From: an uncultured Gammaproteobacteria bacterium
GTDB lineage: Bacteria > Pseudomonadota > Gammaproteobacteria > Steroidobacterales > UBA11654
NCBI GenBank assembly: GCA_902595845.1
Contig: CACJRN010000002.1
Coordinates: 142,879 to 206,878, forward strand
Direction of reading: 5' to 3'
Length of the DNA: 64,000 bases
Below are positions 50,705-62,188 of this stretch, one piece after another. Each line of letters begins with the position of its first letter. The stretch's first letter is position 1. The notes under the pieces are model-generated. The model was given only the letters and a program-made list of their open reading frames with translations. It had not been told where the DNA came from and searched no databases. The position numbers were made by a program, and so were the translations under genes.

Positions 50705-51303
50705 CAGTCTAGACCTCTTTTGATATCAACCATTCTTAATCGTTGTTTTGGATCTGCAGAAATTTGATCGCGTGCTACTTGTTTCTTAACATTCTTTCTT
50801 GCTCGTAGAGTCAGAGATATTGAAACAATAATTGCTAATAGCAGGATGAAGCCGGCGATCTCAAATGAAAGTATATATTTGGTGAATAATTCAGTTCCCA
50901 ATAGAAGAGTATTATCAACAGATAAAGCTGAATTTGATATTGATTCTAGCCCTGAGAACTGGTCAGACTGAATCCAATATAATGCAATGAGTTCAGCCGC
51001 TACAACCAAACCCAAGAAGATCGCAATGGGTGCAATGTTAGTGAAACCTGATCTTTCTTCTTCAGCATGAATATTGAGCATCATGATTACAAATAAGAAC
51101 AAAACCATCACTGCACCAACATAGACAAGCACTAGAACGATTGCTAAGAATTCAGCCTCAAGAAGCAGCCATAACAGTCCTGTTGTAATAAAAGCCAAGA
51201 TAAGCGATACAGCAGAATAGACTGGGTTTTTAAAGAGAATCACTCCCAACGAGGCACAAATGAGAACAGAAGCAAATGCGTAAAATATGACCTCTAATAG
51301 CAT
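50704..51303 (-). CDS. nuoJ: NADH-quinone oxidoreductase subunit J
   Basis: 199 aa membrane subunit, operon position. Confidence 0.92.
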   Translation of the reverse strand: MLLEVIFYAFASVLICASLGVILFKNPVYSAVSLILAFITTGLLWLLLEAEFLAIVLVLVYVGAVMVLFLFVIMMLNIHAEEERSGFTNIAPIAIFLGLVVAAELIALYWIQSDQFSGLESISNSALSVDNTLLLGTELFTKYILSFEIAGFILLLAIIVSISLTLRARKNVKKQVARDQISADPKQRLRMVDIKRGLD

Positions 51304-51788
51304 TACCTATACCTCGAATCTTTCTTCTTATTTTCAATCGTTTGTTCTCGATATTCATCACCGGTTGCGAGTAGCATTTCTTTTGTTTGAATCCTTTGTT
51401 CATTTTCTGTCATGTGATATTCAAATATATCTGTCTCAACAATGGAGTCCACAGGACACGCCTCTTCGCAAAACCCACAATAAATGCATTTAAAGGCATC
51501 GATTTCAAACTTAGTGGTTCTTCTGGAGCCATCAGCTCTCTCTTCTGATTCTATTGAAATCGCTTGTGCCGGACATACAGCTGAGCAAAGTTTACACGCA
51601 ATGCATCGTTCTTCTCCGTTGTCATACCTCATAAGAGCCAACTTTCCTCTGAATCTTGGCGACAAAGGTGTTTTTACTTCGGGGTATTGGACGGTTACTT
51701 TCCGTCTAAAAAAGGCTTTTAGTGTAACGATAAAACCCTTTATAAAATCGATCAATGTGAGTTTCTTAATTAACTGAATGATATTCAT
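51303..51788 (-). CDS. nuoI: NADH-quinone oxidoreductase subunit I (2x 4Fe-4S ferredoxin)
   Basis: [12 protein letters not shown] and [15 protein letters not shown] 51788 (MNIIQLIKK) gives an ATGA overlap with the nuoH stop; the track start 51830 is over-extended. Confidence 0.95.
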   Translation of the reverse strand: MNIIQLIKKLTLIDFIKGFIVTLKAFFRRKVTVQYPEVKTPLSPRFRGKLALMRYDNGEERCIACKLCSAVCPAQAISIESEERADGSRRTTKFEIDAFKCIYCGFCEEACPVDSIVETDIFEYHMTENEQRIQTKEMLLATGDEYREQTIENKKKDSRYR

Positions 51789-52855
51789 GTCACACTCCAA
51801 GGTCCAATCTGCATGACATACATGATGCATTCAACGCCAATCCATAAGATGGTTATAGGTATAAGCACTTTCCATCCCAAAGACATCAACTGATCGTATC
51901 TGTATCTAGGAAATGATGCCCTCAACCAAATAAAGACAAACAAAAAGAATAGTGTTTTTAAAAGTAACCAAAATATGCTTGGCTCTGTTAAAAATGAAAA
52001 TACCGATGATTCTAAAAATGGAATGCCTGCAAAGAAACTCTCCCAACCACCCAGGAACATAATGGATGTGAGTACAGATATGAGAGCCATATTGATGTAT
52101 TCAGCAAGAAAAAATATTGCAAACCCAATCCCAGAATACTCAACATGGAAACCAGCAACAATCTCGGCTTCTCCTTCTGCAAGATCAAAAGGATGCCGAT
52201 TTGTTTCAGCTATACCAGAAATAAAATAAACGATGAACAATGGAAAAAGAGGAATCCAAAACCAACTGAGTACACCGCCTGTTTGTGCTGCAACAATTTC
52301 TCCAAGTTTCAAACTCCCGCCAGCCATGAGAACACCAACCAGTGCAAATCCCATAGCAATTTCATATGCAACCATTTGAGCGGCTGCTCTCATTGATCCC
52401 AAAAATGCATACTTTGAATTAGAAGCCCATCCAGCAAGTATTACCCCATAGACACCAAAAGAAGTGAGCGCCAATAAGTAAAGCAATCCTGCATTGATGT
52501 CTGCGATGATGAATTCTGGACTAAACGGTATAACTGCCCAAGCGGCAAGTGCTGGTATTAAAAGCAGTAATGGTGACAGTAAAAAGAAGAACCGATCAGC
52601 TTTATCAGGGATAATCACTTCCTTTAGTAGTAATTTGATCGTATCTGCAATTGATTGAAGCGTTCCTTTTGGTCCGACTCGATTTGGCCCGACTCTGGCA
52701 TGCATGTAACCGATTACTTTTCTTTCAAAGTAAACCAAGAAAACAACAGTTAGAATCAAGCAAATTGTGACGATCGCAATTTGCAACAGCGACCATATGA
52801 GATTAATCCATTGAGGATCTAAAAATGATAGAAAGGATATCAGAAAGTCTTTCAT
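51785..52855 (-). CDS. nuoH: NADH-quinone oxidoreductase subunit H
   Basis: 356 aa. [19 protein letters not shown] and [16 protein letters not shown] motifs. Confidence 0.96.
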   Translation of the reverse strand: MKDFLISFLSFLDPQWINLIWSLLQIAIVTICLILTVVFLVYFERKVIGYMHARVGPNRVGPKGTLQSIADTIKLLLKEVIIPDKADRFFFLLSPLLLLIPALAAWAVIPFSPEFIIADINAGLLYLLALTSFGVYGVILAGWASNSKYAFLGSMRAAAQMVAYEIAMGFALVGVLMAGGSLKLGEIVAAQTGGVLSWFWIPLFPLFIVYFISGIAETNRHPFDLAEGEAEIVAGFHVEYSGIGFAIFFLAEYINMALISVLTSIMFLGGWESFFAGIPFLESSVFSFLTEPSIFWLLLKTLFFLFVFIWLRASFPRYRYDQLMSLGWKVLIPITILWIGVECIMYVMQIGPWSVT

Positions 52856-54993
52856 TATATTTTCATGCCTTCTTTGGTCTCTTGCAGTGGTTTTGATCGT
52901 CTTAGAATATTGTCAATGTTGTACATATTGAATTCATTCTGATTAAGAGGAGCAAGGCTTGATTCTCTATCTTCTGGAATAAGAGAAATTCTTTCTGAAG
53001 AATTCATAATCACATCTATTCCGTTTTGAATAAATTCATTAATCTCTTCAATTGAATATGATTGAATGCCCATACCCATATACAGTGACATCAGGACTTC
53101 TGTATTACTGAATTGCTTCGAGCCAATGATTTGATTGTGATTGAATGACTGATTCCTCAATTCAAGATTAATCATTGAACCACTGCTTTCATAGTGTGTA
53201 TTTATTGGAATTATGATGTCAGCATGCTCTTCAAAATATTCATTCATATATGGTGTAAAAACTATGAGATTTTTTGCAGATCTCATGCACTCAATCAATT
53301 CAGTTTTGTAAATTGTGTCGTTTGGCTCAATACCATACATGATCAGTACATCATGCTTTCTATGAAGGATATCAGAGAGATTTTGGATATTTCCAGCTGT
53401 ATCATTGAGCAAATGATGTATTGAAGCACCAATCGAATTTGAACCCTCTGATAATTCACAAAGGTTTGTCTGGCATACAGATGATAGTATATGGGTATAT
53501 GATCTTATGAGCTGATAATTCTTACTCGAATAGGCATTCAAACCCAATATCACTAGACTGCTTTCTTGACACATCGATGCAGCAACTTTTTCATGCACCG
53601 CTGTTGGTTCACCGATTGAATCCAGATGATCAGCAATATTATTTGGTAAATGATTTTGTGTGAGCTTGATTGCAGCCTTAAGCACCAATCCCAATTCATT
53701 TATCCAATCATCACATGAAAGATCTTGTTGTACATTAAAGTGATATTCAGACTCCTTGCTATTAATGGTATGAATCGATGCTCCACTCTCAGCTGATTTC
53801 TTTACACGATGAGCCAGTATTGGGGTTTCTTTTCTGAGTTCTGAGCCAACGATGAGTATATTTTTCATGGCATCTACATCTGAAAGCCTGATATTCATAT
53901 GAGGTATAAAACGTTTATCTATGTCATTTGAAAATTCACCTTGCCTCAATCTAGAATCAATTGACTCGATTCCAATTTGATGACAAAAGTCTGACAAAAG
54001 ATATTGCTCTTCTGTCGATATACTTGGGGAGAATAATACGCCAATAGATTGATCATTATTTTTTGCCGAATTAAGGAGTTCGACAGTTTTATCAACAGCA
54101 TTTGATAATTTTGACTGATTTAAATCTTGATCTGTCCTGATTAATGTATCTGATGTTCTGTCTTCAGAATAAATGCCATCAAAACCAAAGCGGTCTCTGT
54201 CTGGTATCCATGTTTCATTGATCTCTGGATTATTCTTAGGAACAATTCTGCGAATGATGTCATTTTTCTTATGCACCATGATGTTTGTACCAATACAGTC
54301 ATGCGGTGAAATACTCTCAATTTGATCCAATTCCCATGTTCTATCAGTGTATCGATACGGTTTATTATTGAGCGCACCAACAGGACACAGATCAATGATG
54401 TTCCCTGATAATTCATGGTCCACAGTTTGAGCAACATATGTACTTATATTTGAATCCTCCCCTCTACCGATCGTTCCCAGCTCTTGGATGCCTGCAATTT
54501 CAGTACCAAAACGAACACATCTTGTACACATGATGCACCTTGTCATATCTGTGGATACAAGTGGGCCTAGATCATCATTCTTTTTGGTCTGTTTTTGTAT
54601 ATCAAACCTGGACTCATTTTTCCCATAAGTATAAGCAAGGTCTTGGAGCTCACATTCACCACCTTGGTCACAAATTGGACAATCAAGCGGATGATTGATG
54701 AGTAAGAATTCCATTGTGGATTCCTGAGCTGTTTTTGCAGATTGTGATTTGGTTTTTACAACCATCCCGTCAGAGACTGGGGTGGCGCATGCGGGAAGTG
54801 CATTTTTTGAATTCTCAACTTCAACAAGACACATTCTGCAATTGGCAGCAATCGATAGTTTCTCGTGATAACAGAAACGTGGCACATAAGTGCCGGTTTT
54901 ATCAGTCAACTCGATTAACATTTGACCCGGTTGAGCTTCATGCTCCACACCATCAATGGTCACTGTGATTTTTTTACTCTCTTCCACAATCAT
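52855..54993 (-). CDS. nuoG: NADH-quinone oxidoreductase subunit G (75-kDa type)
   Basis: 712 aa. N-terminal 2Fe-2S ([19 protein letters not shown]) and [18 protein letters not shown]. Confidence 0.95.
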   Translation of the reverse strand: MIVEESKKITVTIDGVEHEAQPGQMLIELTDKTGTYVPRFCYHEKLSIAANCRMCLVEVENSKNALPACATPVSDGMVVKTKSQSAKTAQESTMEFLLINHPLDCPICDQGGECELQDLAYTYGKNESRFDIQKQTKKNDDLGPLVSTDMTRCIMCTRCVRFGTEIAGIQELGTIGRGEDSNISTYVAQTVDHELSGNIIDLCPVGALNNKPYRYTDRTWELDQIESISPHDCIGTNIMVHKKNDIIRRIVPKNNPEINETWIPDRDRFGFDGIYSEDRTSDTLIRTDQDLNQSKLSNAVDKTVELLNSAKNNDQSIGVLFSPSISTEEQYLLSDFCHQIGIESIDSRLRQGEFSNDIDKRFIPHMNIRLSDVDAMKNILIVGSELRKETPILAHRVKKSAESGASIHTINSKESEYHFNVQQDLSCDDWINELGLVLKAAIKLTQNHLPNNIADHLDSIGEPTAVHEKVAASMCQESSLVILGLNAYSSKNYQLIRSYTHILSSVCQTNLCELSEGSNSIGASIHHLLNDTAGNIQNLSDILHRKHDVLIMYGIEPNDTIYKTELIECMRSAKNLIVFTPYMNEYFEEHADIIIPINTHYESSGSMINLELRNQSFNHNQIIGSKQFSNTEVLMSLYMGMGIQSYSIEEINEFIQNGIDVIMNSSERISLIPEDRESSLAPLNQNEFNMYNIDNILRRSKPLQETKEGMKI

Positions 54994-56273
54994 GCAGCCA
55001 TTGTTTTACCGTTATTTTTAATCATGTATTCAAATTCATGATGATAATGATTTAAGAAACTTTGTACTGGCCATGCTGAAGCATCTCCGAAGGCACATAT
55101 CGTATTCCCTTCTATTCGTCCTGCCACGTCCTCAAGTAATGCCAAGTCACCCTCTTTACCCTCTCCATTTGTAATTCGATCAAGAATCCGATACAACCAA
55201 CCCGTTCCTTCTCTACATGGAGTGCACTGACCACAACTCTCTGCATAGTAGAATCTTGAAATTCTTTTCAATAAATTAACCATGCATGTCCCTTCAGATA
55301 TGACAACCATGGCCCCAGTTCCAAGAGCAGAGTCTACATCTTGTAGTGATTCATAATCCATTGTGCAATTTTCTATGATATCGGCGGGCAATACTTTTGT
55401 TGATGAACCACCTGGGATAACTGCTTTTAGCTTTTTACCATCAAGTATACCTCCTGCAACATCAATGACTTCTTGAAATGAGATTCCCAATGGGAGTTCA
55501 TAGTTACCGGGTTTATTTACATGACCCGATATTGAAAATATTAGCGTTCCAGGTGATTTTTCTGTGCCAAAATCTGCATACCATTTAGGACCATTCTCAA
55601 GAATCTTAGGGATGCTTGCGAGTGTTTGCGTGTTGTTGACAGTTGTGGGCTTTCCGAATAGCCCGAAGTTCGCAGGGAAAGGGGGTTTGAATCTTGGTTT
55701 ACCTTGTTTGCCCTCTAATGATTCAAGCAAACCTGTTTCTTCACCGCATATATATGCACCTGCACCTAGAAAGTTATGTAAGTCGAAATCTATACCAGAA
55801 TTCAAGATATCTATCCCCAATAGACCTGCATCGTAAGCCTCTTTAACAGCAGCTTCAATTCGAGGATAGCATTCAAGCATAAATTCGCCTCTAACATAGT
55901 TATAACCAACGGTTGCCCCAATTGCATAGCCAGCTATTGCCATTCCCTCAACTAGTGCATGTGGGTTATATTTCAAAATATCTCTGTCATGGCAGGTACC
56001 TGGCTCACTCTCATCAGAATTACAAACGATATATTTCTGATCATCATTGTTTGGCATGAAGCTCCACTTGAGACCAGTAGGGAATCCAGCCCCACCTCTT
56101 CCTCTGAGACCTGATTTTTTGACTTCTTCAATGACCCAATCTGTGCTTTTGTTTGTTTGATCAGCAAGTATATTTTTCCAAACGCTATAACCGCCTTGCT
56201 TTATATATTTATCAAGAGTCCATGAGTCAGACTCATTAACATTCGAATATATGACTTGATTGTATTTACTCAC
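54990..56273 (-). CDS. nuoF: NADH-quinone oxidoreductase subunit F
   Basis: [13 protein letters not shown] and [12 protein letters not shown]. 427 aa. Confidence 0.97.
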   Translation of the reverse strand: MSKYNQVIYSNVNESDSWTLDKYIKQGGYSVWKNILADQTNKSTDWVIEEVKKSGLRGRGGAGFPTGLKWSFMPNNDDQKYIVCNSDESEPGTCHDRDILKYNPHALVEGMAIAGYAIGATVGYNYVRGEFMLECYPRIEAAVKEAYDAGLLGIDILNSGIDFDLHNFLGAGAYICGEETGLLESLEGKQGKPRFKPPFPANFGLFGKPTTVNNTQTLASIPKILENGPKWYADFGTEKSPGTLIFSISGHVNKPGNYELPLGISFQEVIDVAGGILDGKKLKAVIPGGSSTKVLPADIIENCTMDYESLQDVDSALGTGAMVVISEGTCMVNLLKRISRFYYAESCGQCTPCREGTGWLYRILDRITNGEGKEGDLALLEDVAGRIEGNTICAFGDASAWPVQSFLNHYHHEFEYMIKNNGKTMAA

Positions 56274-56764
56274 GATTTGCTCATCAAATTATCAATGACT
56301 TCATCAACTTTCTTGATATCAAGATCTTCAATATATGCATGATCCACCATCATCATTGGTGCACCTGTACATGCTGCGAGGCATTCTTCCTCTTTTTTTA
56401 GAAAAATGCTTCCATCAGGTGTTGATTCACCGACACTTATGCCAAGCCTCTCCTCTACATAGCCTAGTATTTCATCAGAGCCTCTTAGCATGCATGAAAT
56501 ATTTGTGCATATGGCTATTTCATGTTTTCCAACTTTTTTTGTTTGAAACATTGAATAAAATGAAGCAACTTCATAGACCTGAATCCTAGGGACATCCAGG
56601 TACTCTGCGACTGCATCCATTAATTCAGATGTTAAAAAACCATGATTTTGGTGTTGAGCAGCATGAAGAGAGCCAATGATGGCTGAACGCTGTTTACCTT
56701 TTGGAAACTTGCCTAGCCAATGGTCAATTTCTTTAATGGTTTGAGATGTCAAAACTTTGCTCAT
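56270..56764 (-). CDS. nuoE: NADH-quinone oxidoreductase subunit E
   Basis: 164 aa. Cys pattern [10 protein letters not shown]...[10 protein letters not shown] (2Fe-2S). Confidence 0.95.
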   Translation of the reverse strand: MSKVLTSQTIKEIDHWLGKFPKGKQRSAIIGSLHAAQHQNHGFLTSELMDAVAEYLDVPRIQVYEVASFYSMFQTKKVGKHEIAICTNISCMLRGSDEILGYVEERLGISVGESTPDGSIFLKKEEECLAACTGAPMMMVDHAYIEDLDIKKVDEVIDNLMSKS

Positions 56765-56766
56765 GT

Positions 56767-58017
56767 CTACCTATCAATCTCACCAAATACAATATCTAAT
56801 GTACCGATGATCGATACTACATCTGCCAACATGTGTCCTTTTGACATTTCATCAATGGCTGCTAGATGTGCAAAGCTCGGTGCTCTGACTTTTAGTCGGT
56901 AGGGTTTGTTTGCCCCATCAGAAAGCAAAAACACGCCAAACTCCCCTTTTGGATGCTCAATGGCTTTGTATGTGTTGCCTTCAGGCACAGAATAACCTTC
57001 AGTGAAGTGTTTAAAATGATATATCAACGATTCCATATCATGTTTCATTGAGTCTCTTTTTGGGGCTCTATATTTATGATCTTCAATCATGACTGGACCT
57101 GGATTTGCTCTGAGCCATTTGATGCATTGTTGAATGATAAGATTAGATTGTCTCATTTCTTCAACTCTGACGAGATAACGATCATAACAATCACCATTAA
57201 CACCAACAGGGATTAAAAAGTCGAGTTCGTCATATACCTCGTAGCTTTGATTTCTTCTGAGATCCCATTCAATGCCTGAACCTCTGAGCATCGGACCAGT
57301 AAAACCAAGTTGCATGGCTCTTTCAGGAGTCACGACTCCGATATCTACGGTCCGTTGCTTCCATATCCTGTTGTCTGTTAGCAGAGTTTCGTATTCATCT
57401 ACAAGAGATGGAAATCGGTTGGTAAAGTCTTCAATGAAATCAAGCAATGAGCCTGCTCTGTTATAGTTTAATTTTTTGACCTTTTTTTCAGAAATAAACT
57501 TGTTAGCTTTGTATTTTGGCATCTCATCAGGTAAGTCACGATAAACTCCACCAGGCCTATAGTATGTTGCATGCATCCTTGCACCTGATACGGCTTCATA
57601 TGCATCATATAGGTCCTCTCGTTCCCGAAAGCAATAGAGGAATAAGGCCATTGCCCCAATATCAAGGCCATGACAACCCAACCACAATAAATGATTCATG
57701 ATTCTTGTGATTTCATCGTACATGACTCTGATATATTGTGCCCTTTTGGGAGGTTCAATCTCCAATAGACTCTCGATTGCTAGTACATATGGATGCTCAC
57801 AACACATCATCGAAACATAGTCCATTCTATCCATATATCCGATCGAATGATTGAACGGTTTGATTTCAGCAAGTTTTTCTGTGCCTCTGTGCAAAAGACC
57901 GATGTGTGGGTCGAGATTTGTAATGACCTCACCGTCCATCTCCATAATTAACCGTAAAACACCATGCGCTGCTGGGTGTTGTGGACCGAAGTTAAGCGTA
58001 AGATTGCTTTCAGTCAT
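56767..58017 (-). CDS. nuoD: NADH-quinone oxidoreductase subunit D (not fused to NuoC)
   Basis: 416 aa. [15 protein letters not shown] near the N-terminus and a C-terminal ...IVFGEIDR. Confidence 0.97.
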   Translation of the reverse strand: MTESNLTLNFGPQHPAAHGVLRLIMEMDGEVITNLDPHIGLLHRGTEKLAEIKPFNHSIGYMDRMDYVSMMCCEHPYVLAIESLLEIEPPKRAQYIRVMYDEITRIMNHLLWLGCHGLDIGAMALFLYCFREREDLYDAYEAVSGARMHATYYRPGGVYRDLPDEMPKYKANKFISEKKVKKLNYNRAGSLLDFIEDFTNRFPSLVDEYETLLTDNRIWKQRTVDIGVVTPERAMQLGFTGPMLRGSGIEWDLRRNQSYEVYDELDFLIPVGVNGDCYDRYLVRVEEMRQSNLIIQQCIKWLRANPGPVMIEDHKYRAPKRDSMKHDMESLIYHFKHFTEGYSVPEGNTYKAIEHPKGEFGVFLLSDGANKPYRLKVRAPSFAHLAAIDEMSKGHMLADVVSIIGTLDIVFGEIDR

Positions 58018-58660
58018 TTCGATCCCTTATGACTCTTGGTACACCTGGTCGAGTAGAAATTGATACAGTTTGATATACAACCTCCTCTTTTTCTTCATCA
58101 TATACCACCTCGAGATTTCCATTGGTTGGGAAATCTTTTCTAAAAGGATGACCAATGAAACCATAATCAGTCAGGATCCTTCGAAGATCTGGATGACCAT
58201 CAAAATGAATTCCCATCAAATCAAAAGCTTCTCTTTCAAACCAATCTGCACTGCTCCAAATATTTACAAGTGATGGCACTGATGGTGGATTGGACTCTGA
58301 TGTAAAAACCTTCAAGGTTAATCTTTGATTATTTGAAACCGAGAGCAATTGATAAAAAACAGCAAATCTGCCTTTAAATGTCTCATCAATTTCAGGAATA
58401 ATTGTTGGTTTGACTGCCCGAGAATACCCTGTACTGGTCGCATTATTCGTTTTCCAATCCACATCGCCATATGTCAGGTAATCAACTGCTATGATATCCA
58501 TTAATAATTCAAAAGAAAGATTACTCTTAAGTAAGGTAGCCACCTCAATCAATTGCTCAGGATTTATTTTGATTTCAACATTGGATTGATTCATGGATAC
58601 TTCAATTTCATATTTCTGAAGTAGATCCTCTAAAGCCTTTGTGTCCGATTGCCTATACAT
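58010..58660 (-). CDS. nuoC: NADH-quinone oxidoreductase subunit C
   Basis: 216 aa. [24 protein letters not shown] motif. Confidence 0.95.
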   Translation of the reverse strand: MYRQSDTKALEDLLQKYEIEVSMNQSNVEIKINPEQLIEVATLLKSNLSFELLMDIIAVDYLTYGDVDWKTNNATSTGYSRAVKPTIIPEIDETFKGRFAVFYQLLSVSNNQRLTLKVFTSESNPPSVPSLVNIWSSADWFEREAFDLMGIHFDGHPDLRRILTDYGFIGHPFRKDFPTNGNLEVVYDEEKEEVVYQTVSISTRPGVPRVIRDRND

Positions 58661-59150
58661 TTGCTATTGATTCTTCTTTTTTGATTTTTTCTTGAAGTTC
58701 TATGATTCCGTTGATTAGTGCCTCTGAAGTGGGAGGACAACCAGGTACATAGATATCGACTGGTATGATTTGATCACAACCTCTGACCACAGAATATGAG
58801 TGATGATAGTAACCACCTCCATTGGCACATGATCCCATAGAGATGACCCATTTGGGTTCTGCCATTTGGTCATAAACCTTTCTGAGTGCTGGCGCCATTT
58901 TATTAACCAATGTACCTGCGACAATCATGACATCAGATTGTCTTGGGCTCGGCCTAAAGAATACACCAAAACGATCTGTATCATATCTTGATGCTCCAGC
59001 ATGCATCATTTCAACAGCACAACAAGCTAAACCAAAAGTTACAGGCCACATCGATCCAGTTCTAGCCCAATTTACAAGCTTATCAACTGAAGTGATGATG
59101 AACCCTGGACCCTGTTGATCGATTAAATTATTATCAGTTTCTAATCCCAA
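58653..59150 (-). CDS. nuoB: NADH-quinone oxidoreductase subunit B
   Basis: [20 protein letters not shown] and PGCPP (N2 cluster). The track ORF runs to GTG 59171. I prefer the in-frame TTG at 59150, 7 nt after AAGGAG. The start is uncertain. Confidence 0.92.
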   Translation of the reverse strand: MGLETDNNLIDQQGPGFIITSVDKLVNWARTGSMWPVTFGLACCAVEMMHAGASRYDTDRFGVFFRPSPRQSDVMIVAGTLVNKMAPALRKVYDQMAEPKWVISMGSCANGGGYYHHSYSVVRGCDQIIPVDIYVPGCPPTSEALINGIIELQEKIKKEESIANV

Positions 59151-59497
59151 TCCAAAGCTCCTTTGTTCCACTCGTACACAAATCCTATAACCAAAACAAG
59201 AAGAAAAATTACCATTGAAATAAGACCTACATGACCTATCTCATCAAGCGCTATTGCCCAAGGAAATAAGAAGGCAATTTCTAGATCAAAAATTATGAAT
59301 AGGATAGCAACTAAATAATATCTTACATCGAATGGGATACGGGCATCTTCAAATTCCTCAAAACCACATTCATAAGGGGACAGTTTTGCTTTAGTTTTAG
59401 CGCCTTTTCCGAAGAGAAATCCCAAGCCAAGCATCAATAAGCCAAGTACTCCAGCTATGATTATAAAAATTGCTATTGGCAGGTAGTTTTCAAGCAT
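59141..59497 (-). CDS. nuoA: NADH-quinone oxidoreductase subunit A
   Basis: 118 aa, three TM helices. YECGF...[18 protein letters not shown] motif. Confidence 0.95.
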   Translation of the reverse strand: MLENYLPIAIFIIIAGVLGLLMLGLGFLFGKGAKTKAKLSPYECGFEEFEDARIPFDVRYYLVAILFIIFDLEIAFLFPWAIALDEIGHVGLISMVIFLLVLVIGFVYEWNKGALDWD

Positions 59498-59535
59498 CTC
59501 TATGGAAACTCTAAATGTGTCTTAAACCGCGATGA

Positions 59536-59566
59536 ATTGTAACATCTTTTAGTTATTATCATTCAA
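59536..59566 (-). promoter_or_regulatory. Candidate promoter for the nuo operon (extended -10)
   Basis: Minus strand TTGAAT, 19-nt spacer containing TG, then TACAAT (TGTTACAAT). About 38 nt upstream of the nuoA ATG. The spacer is long, so support is weak. Confidence 0.3.
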
Positions 59567-59598
59567 AATTTTCGAGATTATCTTAGAAATGGATTCTC

Positions 59599-59681
59599 TG
59601 CCGATGGCCGGACTCGAACCGGCACAGCTTGCGCTACTGCCCCCTCAAGACAGCGTGTCTACCAGATTCCACCACATCGGC
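59599..59681 (-). tRNA. leuU: tRNA-Leu (anticodon GAG), long variable arm
   Basis: Acceptor GCCGATG/CATCGGC, anticodon loop TTGAGGG, T-loop TTCGAGT. CCA is not encoded. Lies 10 nt downstream of the secG stop, as leuU does in E. coli. Confidence 0.9.
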
Positions 59682-59691
59682 TAGAGTTTAT

Positions 59692-60024
59692 TTATTCTTG
59701 CGGTATTTGAGGTAAATTTTTCGTTGTTTCATCTGGAAGAGAGATTGGTGATTCCACTTGATCCAGAACACTTTCAGAAACGACTGTCCCTTTATTCAAA
59801 TATGCCAGCGTAAGGCTGGTTATAAAGAAAACTGTTGCGAGAACTGCTGTGGTTCTCGATAAGAAGTTTGCAGAGCCTTTTGCACCAAAAAGTGTCCCTG
59901 AAGCACCAGCACCAAATGCCGATCCCATGTCTGCTCCCTTTCCTTTTTGTAAAAGGATTAATACAACGATGAGTATTGCTGTGATTACGTGAAAACTTAA
60001 TAATAGTGAATTTGCATTAGCCAT
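59692..60024 (-). CDS. secG: Preprotein translocase subunit SecG
   Basis: 110 aa. LLQKGKGADMGSAFGAGASGTLFG motif. tpiA-secG-tRNA-Leu synteny. Confidence 0.93.
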   Translation of the reverse strand: MANANSLLLSFHVITAILIVVLILLQKGKGADMGSAFGAGASGTLFGAKGSANFLSRTTAVLATVFFITSLTLAYLNKGTVVSESVLDQVESPISLPDETTKNLPQIPQE

Positions 60025-60769
60025 TTCTTATTTCCTCTGCAATATTATATATTTTTAAAAATTCAGAAGCATCAAGTGATGCACCTCCGATTAAACCTCC
60101 ATGAATATGTTCCATTTGTAATAATTCTTTTGCATTTGATGATTTCATGCTACCGCCATAAAGTATTGGGATCCTATTTGATGACATTTCACTTAAAACA
60201 GTATGAATATGTGCATGAACTTCATTTGCCATATCTGGTGTTGCTGTGAGTCCAGTACCGATTGCCCAAATTGGTTCATATGCGATAAGCATGTTTGTAT
60301 TTGCTGATAATATTTCACTATCCAATACACTTCTGATTTGATCATTTATTACATCAAGAGTCTGACCGGAATCTCTTTGTTCGATCGACTCACCTATACA
60401 AAGTATGGGAGTTATGTCGTGTTCAATGGCTTTGAGAAGTTTTAATCTTATCAGGTCATTGGATTCATTATGGTACTCACGTCTTTCTGAATGTCCGATG
60501 ATTGCATACTTTGCTGACTGATCACCAATCATCTTTCCAGAGCATTCACCAGTGTAAGCGCCTGAATCATGATGTGAGATATTCTGGGCACCTACTTTTA
60601 CAAAGCTTGGAGCTTTTTCTTTTACTGATTGTATATAAATATCAGGAGGACATATGATCATTTCATTGGAGTTTTCAGATTCTGATCTCAATGACGCAAA
60701 GTATTCATCAATGAATGCTAATGATGCATTCATCTTCCAGTTTGCAGCAATGAAGAACTTTTTATCCAT
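60017..60769 (-). CDS. tpiA: Triosephosphate isomerase
   Basis: 250 aa. AANWKMN, IIGHSERR and AYEPIWAIGTG. Confidence 0.97.
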   Translation of the reverse strand: MDKKFFIAANWKMNASLAFIDEYFASLRSESENSNEMIICPPDIYIQSVKEKAPSFVKVGAQNISHHDSGAYTGECSGKMIGDQSAKYAIIGHSERREYHNESNDLIRLKLLKAIEHDITPILCIGESIEQRDSGQTLDVINDQIRSVLDSEILSANTNMLIAYEPIWAIGTGLTATPDMANEVHAHIHTVLSEMSSNRIPILYGGSMKSSNAKELLQMEHIHGGLIGGASLDASEFLKIYNIAEEIRNG

Positions 60770-62105
60770 TTTCTTTAATGCTATTTATGATGTCTTTCGC
60801 TAAAGTACTGGCGACATCTTGGTCTTTATTTTCTATTGAAATTCGAATGAGTGGTTCAGTTCCCGATGGTCTAATGATTACTCGGCCTTCAGGGTTTTTC
60901 GAATTTATCTCATTTGCAAGATCGCTTAGGAAGTTTTCATTCGTAAGTAATAAATCTTCAGTATCAATGTTTTCATTCAGGACGGGTAAAAGTTCTAAAT
61001 CACTAACAAGCTCACTGATTTTTAATTCTTTATTGAGAGATTCTTTAATAATTATCAGTGCAATCAATAATGCATCACCAGTAGGTGAGTATTCCGAGTT
61101 AATGATATGTCCTGATGATTCGCCTCCAATGATGGCACCGGTTTTTTTCATCATCGAATAAACATTCTTATCGCCCACATCTGAACGATATAGATCAATA
61201 TTCATGTCACGTAACTTCGTCTCAAGACCAGAATTCGTAGTAATCGTACCCACAACCTTATGATTAAATGATTTATTAGAAATATTTGCTTTAGCAAGGA
61301 TATATAGAATCTGATCGCCATCCAAGATTCCTCCCTCCTCATCTACAATCAAAATTCTGTCAGCATCACCATCGAGTGCTATTCCTAGATTTGAGTCAGT
61401 AGCCACTACTGTTTTTCTTAGCGTCTCTGGGTGTGTAGATCCACAATCTAGATTTATATTCTTTCCATTGGGCGAGCAGGCAATTGGTATTACATCGGCT
61501 CCTAAATCAAGTAAGACCTGAGGTGCTAATTTATAAGCAGCACCATTCGAAGCATCAACAACAATCTTAAAACCTTTGAGCGGTAAGTGATCATCATTGT
61601 CCTCAAAAATTGACATCAAAAGAGACTTATATAAATTTCTGGATGTATTTGAGATTTTTGCTTTCCCAAGTGCTTCTGCAGTATTTGTTGTGGGCGTATC
61701 AGAAAGTTTTGACTCAATGATACTCTCGATTTCGCGATCTATTTTTTCACCTTGGTGATTGATGATCTTAATACCGTTGTATTCATATGAGTTATGTGAA
61801 GCACTTATCACAATTCCAAAATCACAATTTTGTTTGATGGTGTAATAGGCGATTGCTGGCGAAGGAAGGGGTCCTAACAAAATCACCTCCAATCCATGTG
61901 CAACAAAAGCAGATTCCAATGCTGATTCAAACATATAACCGGAGATTCGAGTGTCCTTACCAATTGCAACTTTGCCACCATTGGGAGTCATTACCTTAGC
62001 AATTGAAGATGCCAATCTCATGGCAAAATCAATCGTCATCGGGTATTCGCCGACCTTTCCTCTGATTCCATCGGTTCCAAATACTTTTTCTTTTTGCTCT
62101 TTCAT
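60762..62105 (-). CDS. glmM: Phosphoglucosamine mutase
   Basis: 447 aa. FGTDGIRG, SASHNSYEYNGIK (phosphoserine loop), DGDADR. Confidence 0.96.
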   Translation of the reverse strand: MKEQKEKVFGTDGIRGKVGEYPMTIDFAMRLASSIAKVMTPNGGKVAIGKDTRISGYMFESALESAFVAHGLEVILLGPLPSPAIAYYTIKQNCDFGIVISASHNSYEYNGIKIINHQGEKIDREIESIIESKLSDTPTTNTAEALGKAKISNTSRNLYKSLLMSIFEDNDDHLPLKGFKIVVDASNGAAYKLAPQVLLDLGADVIPIACSPNGKNINLDCGSTHPETLRKTVVATDSNLGIALDGDADRILIVDEEGGILDGDQILYILAKANISNKSFNHKVVGTITTNSGLETKLRDMNIDLYRSDVGDKNVYSMMKKTGAIIGGESSGHIINSEYSPTGDALLIALIIIKESLNKELKISELVSDLELLPVLNENIDTEDLLLTNENFLSDLANEINSKNPEGRVIIRPSGTEPLIRISIENKDQDVASTLAKDIINSIKENG

Positions 62106-62188
62106 CAGTAAGTCAAATACATAAAGGGCTGTATTGTATAGCTTTGGCAGCTATTAAATCCACTATTTTTAAGGAGTTCTTATAGAAC

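Noticed and set aside
62106-62188. folP is absent between ftsH and glmM, although ftsH-folP-glmM is the usual order.
   Set aside because: The 83-nt spacer shows no folP-like remnant in any frame that I could recognise, only two short hairpins. Absence from this locus says nothing about absence from the genome, so it is a synteny note only.
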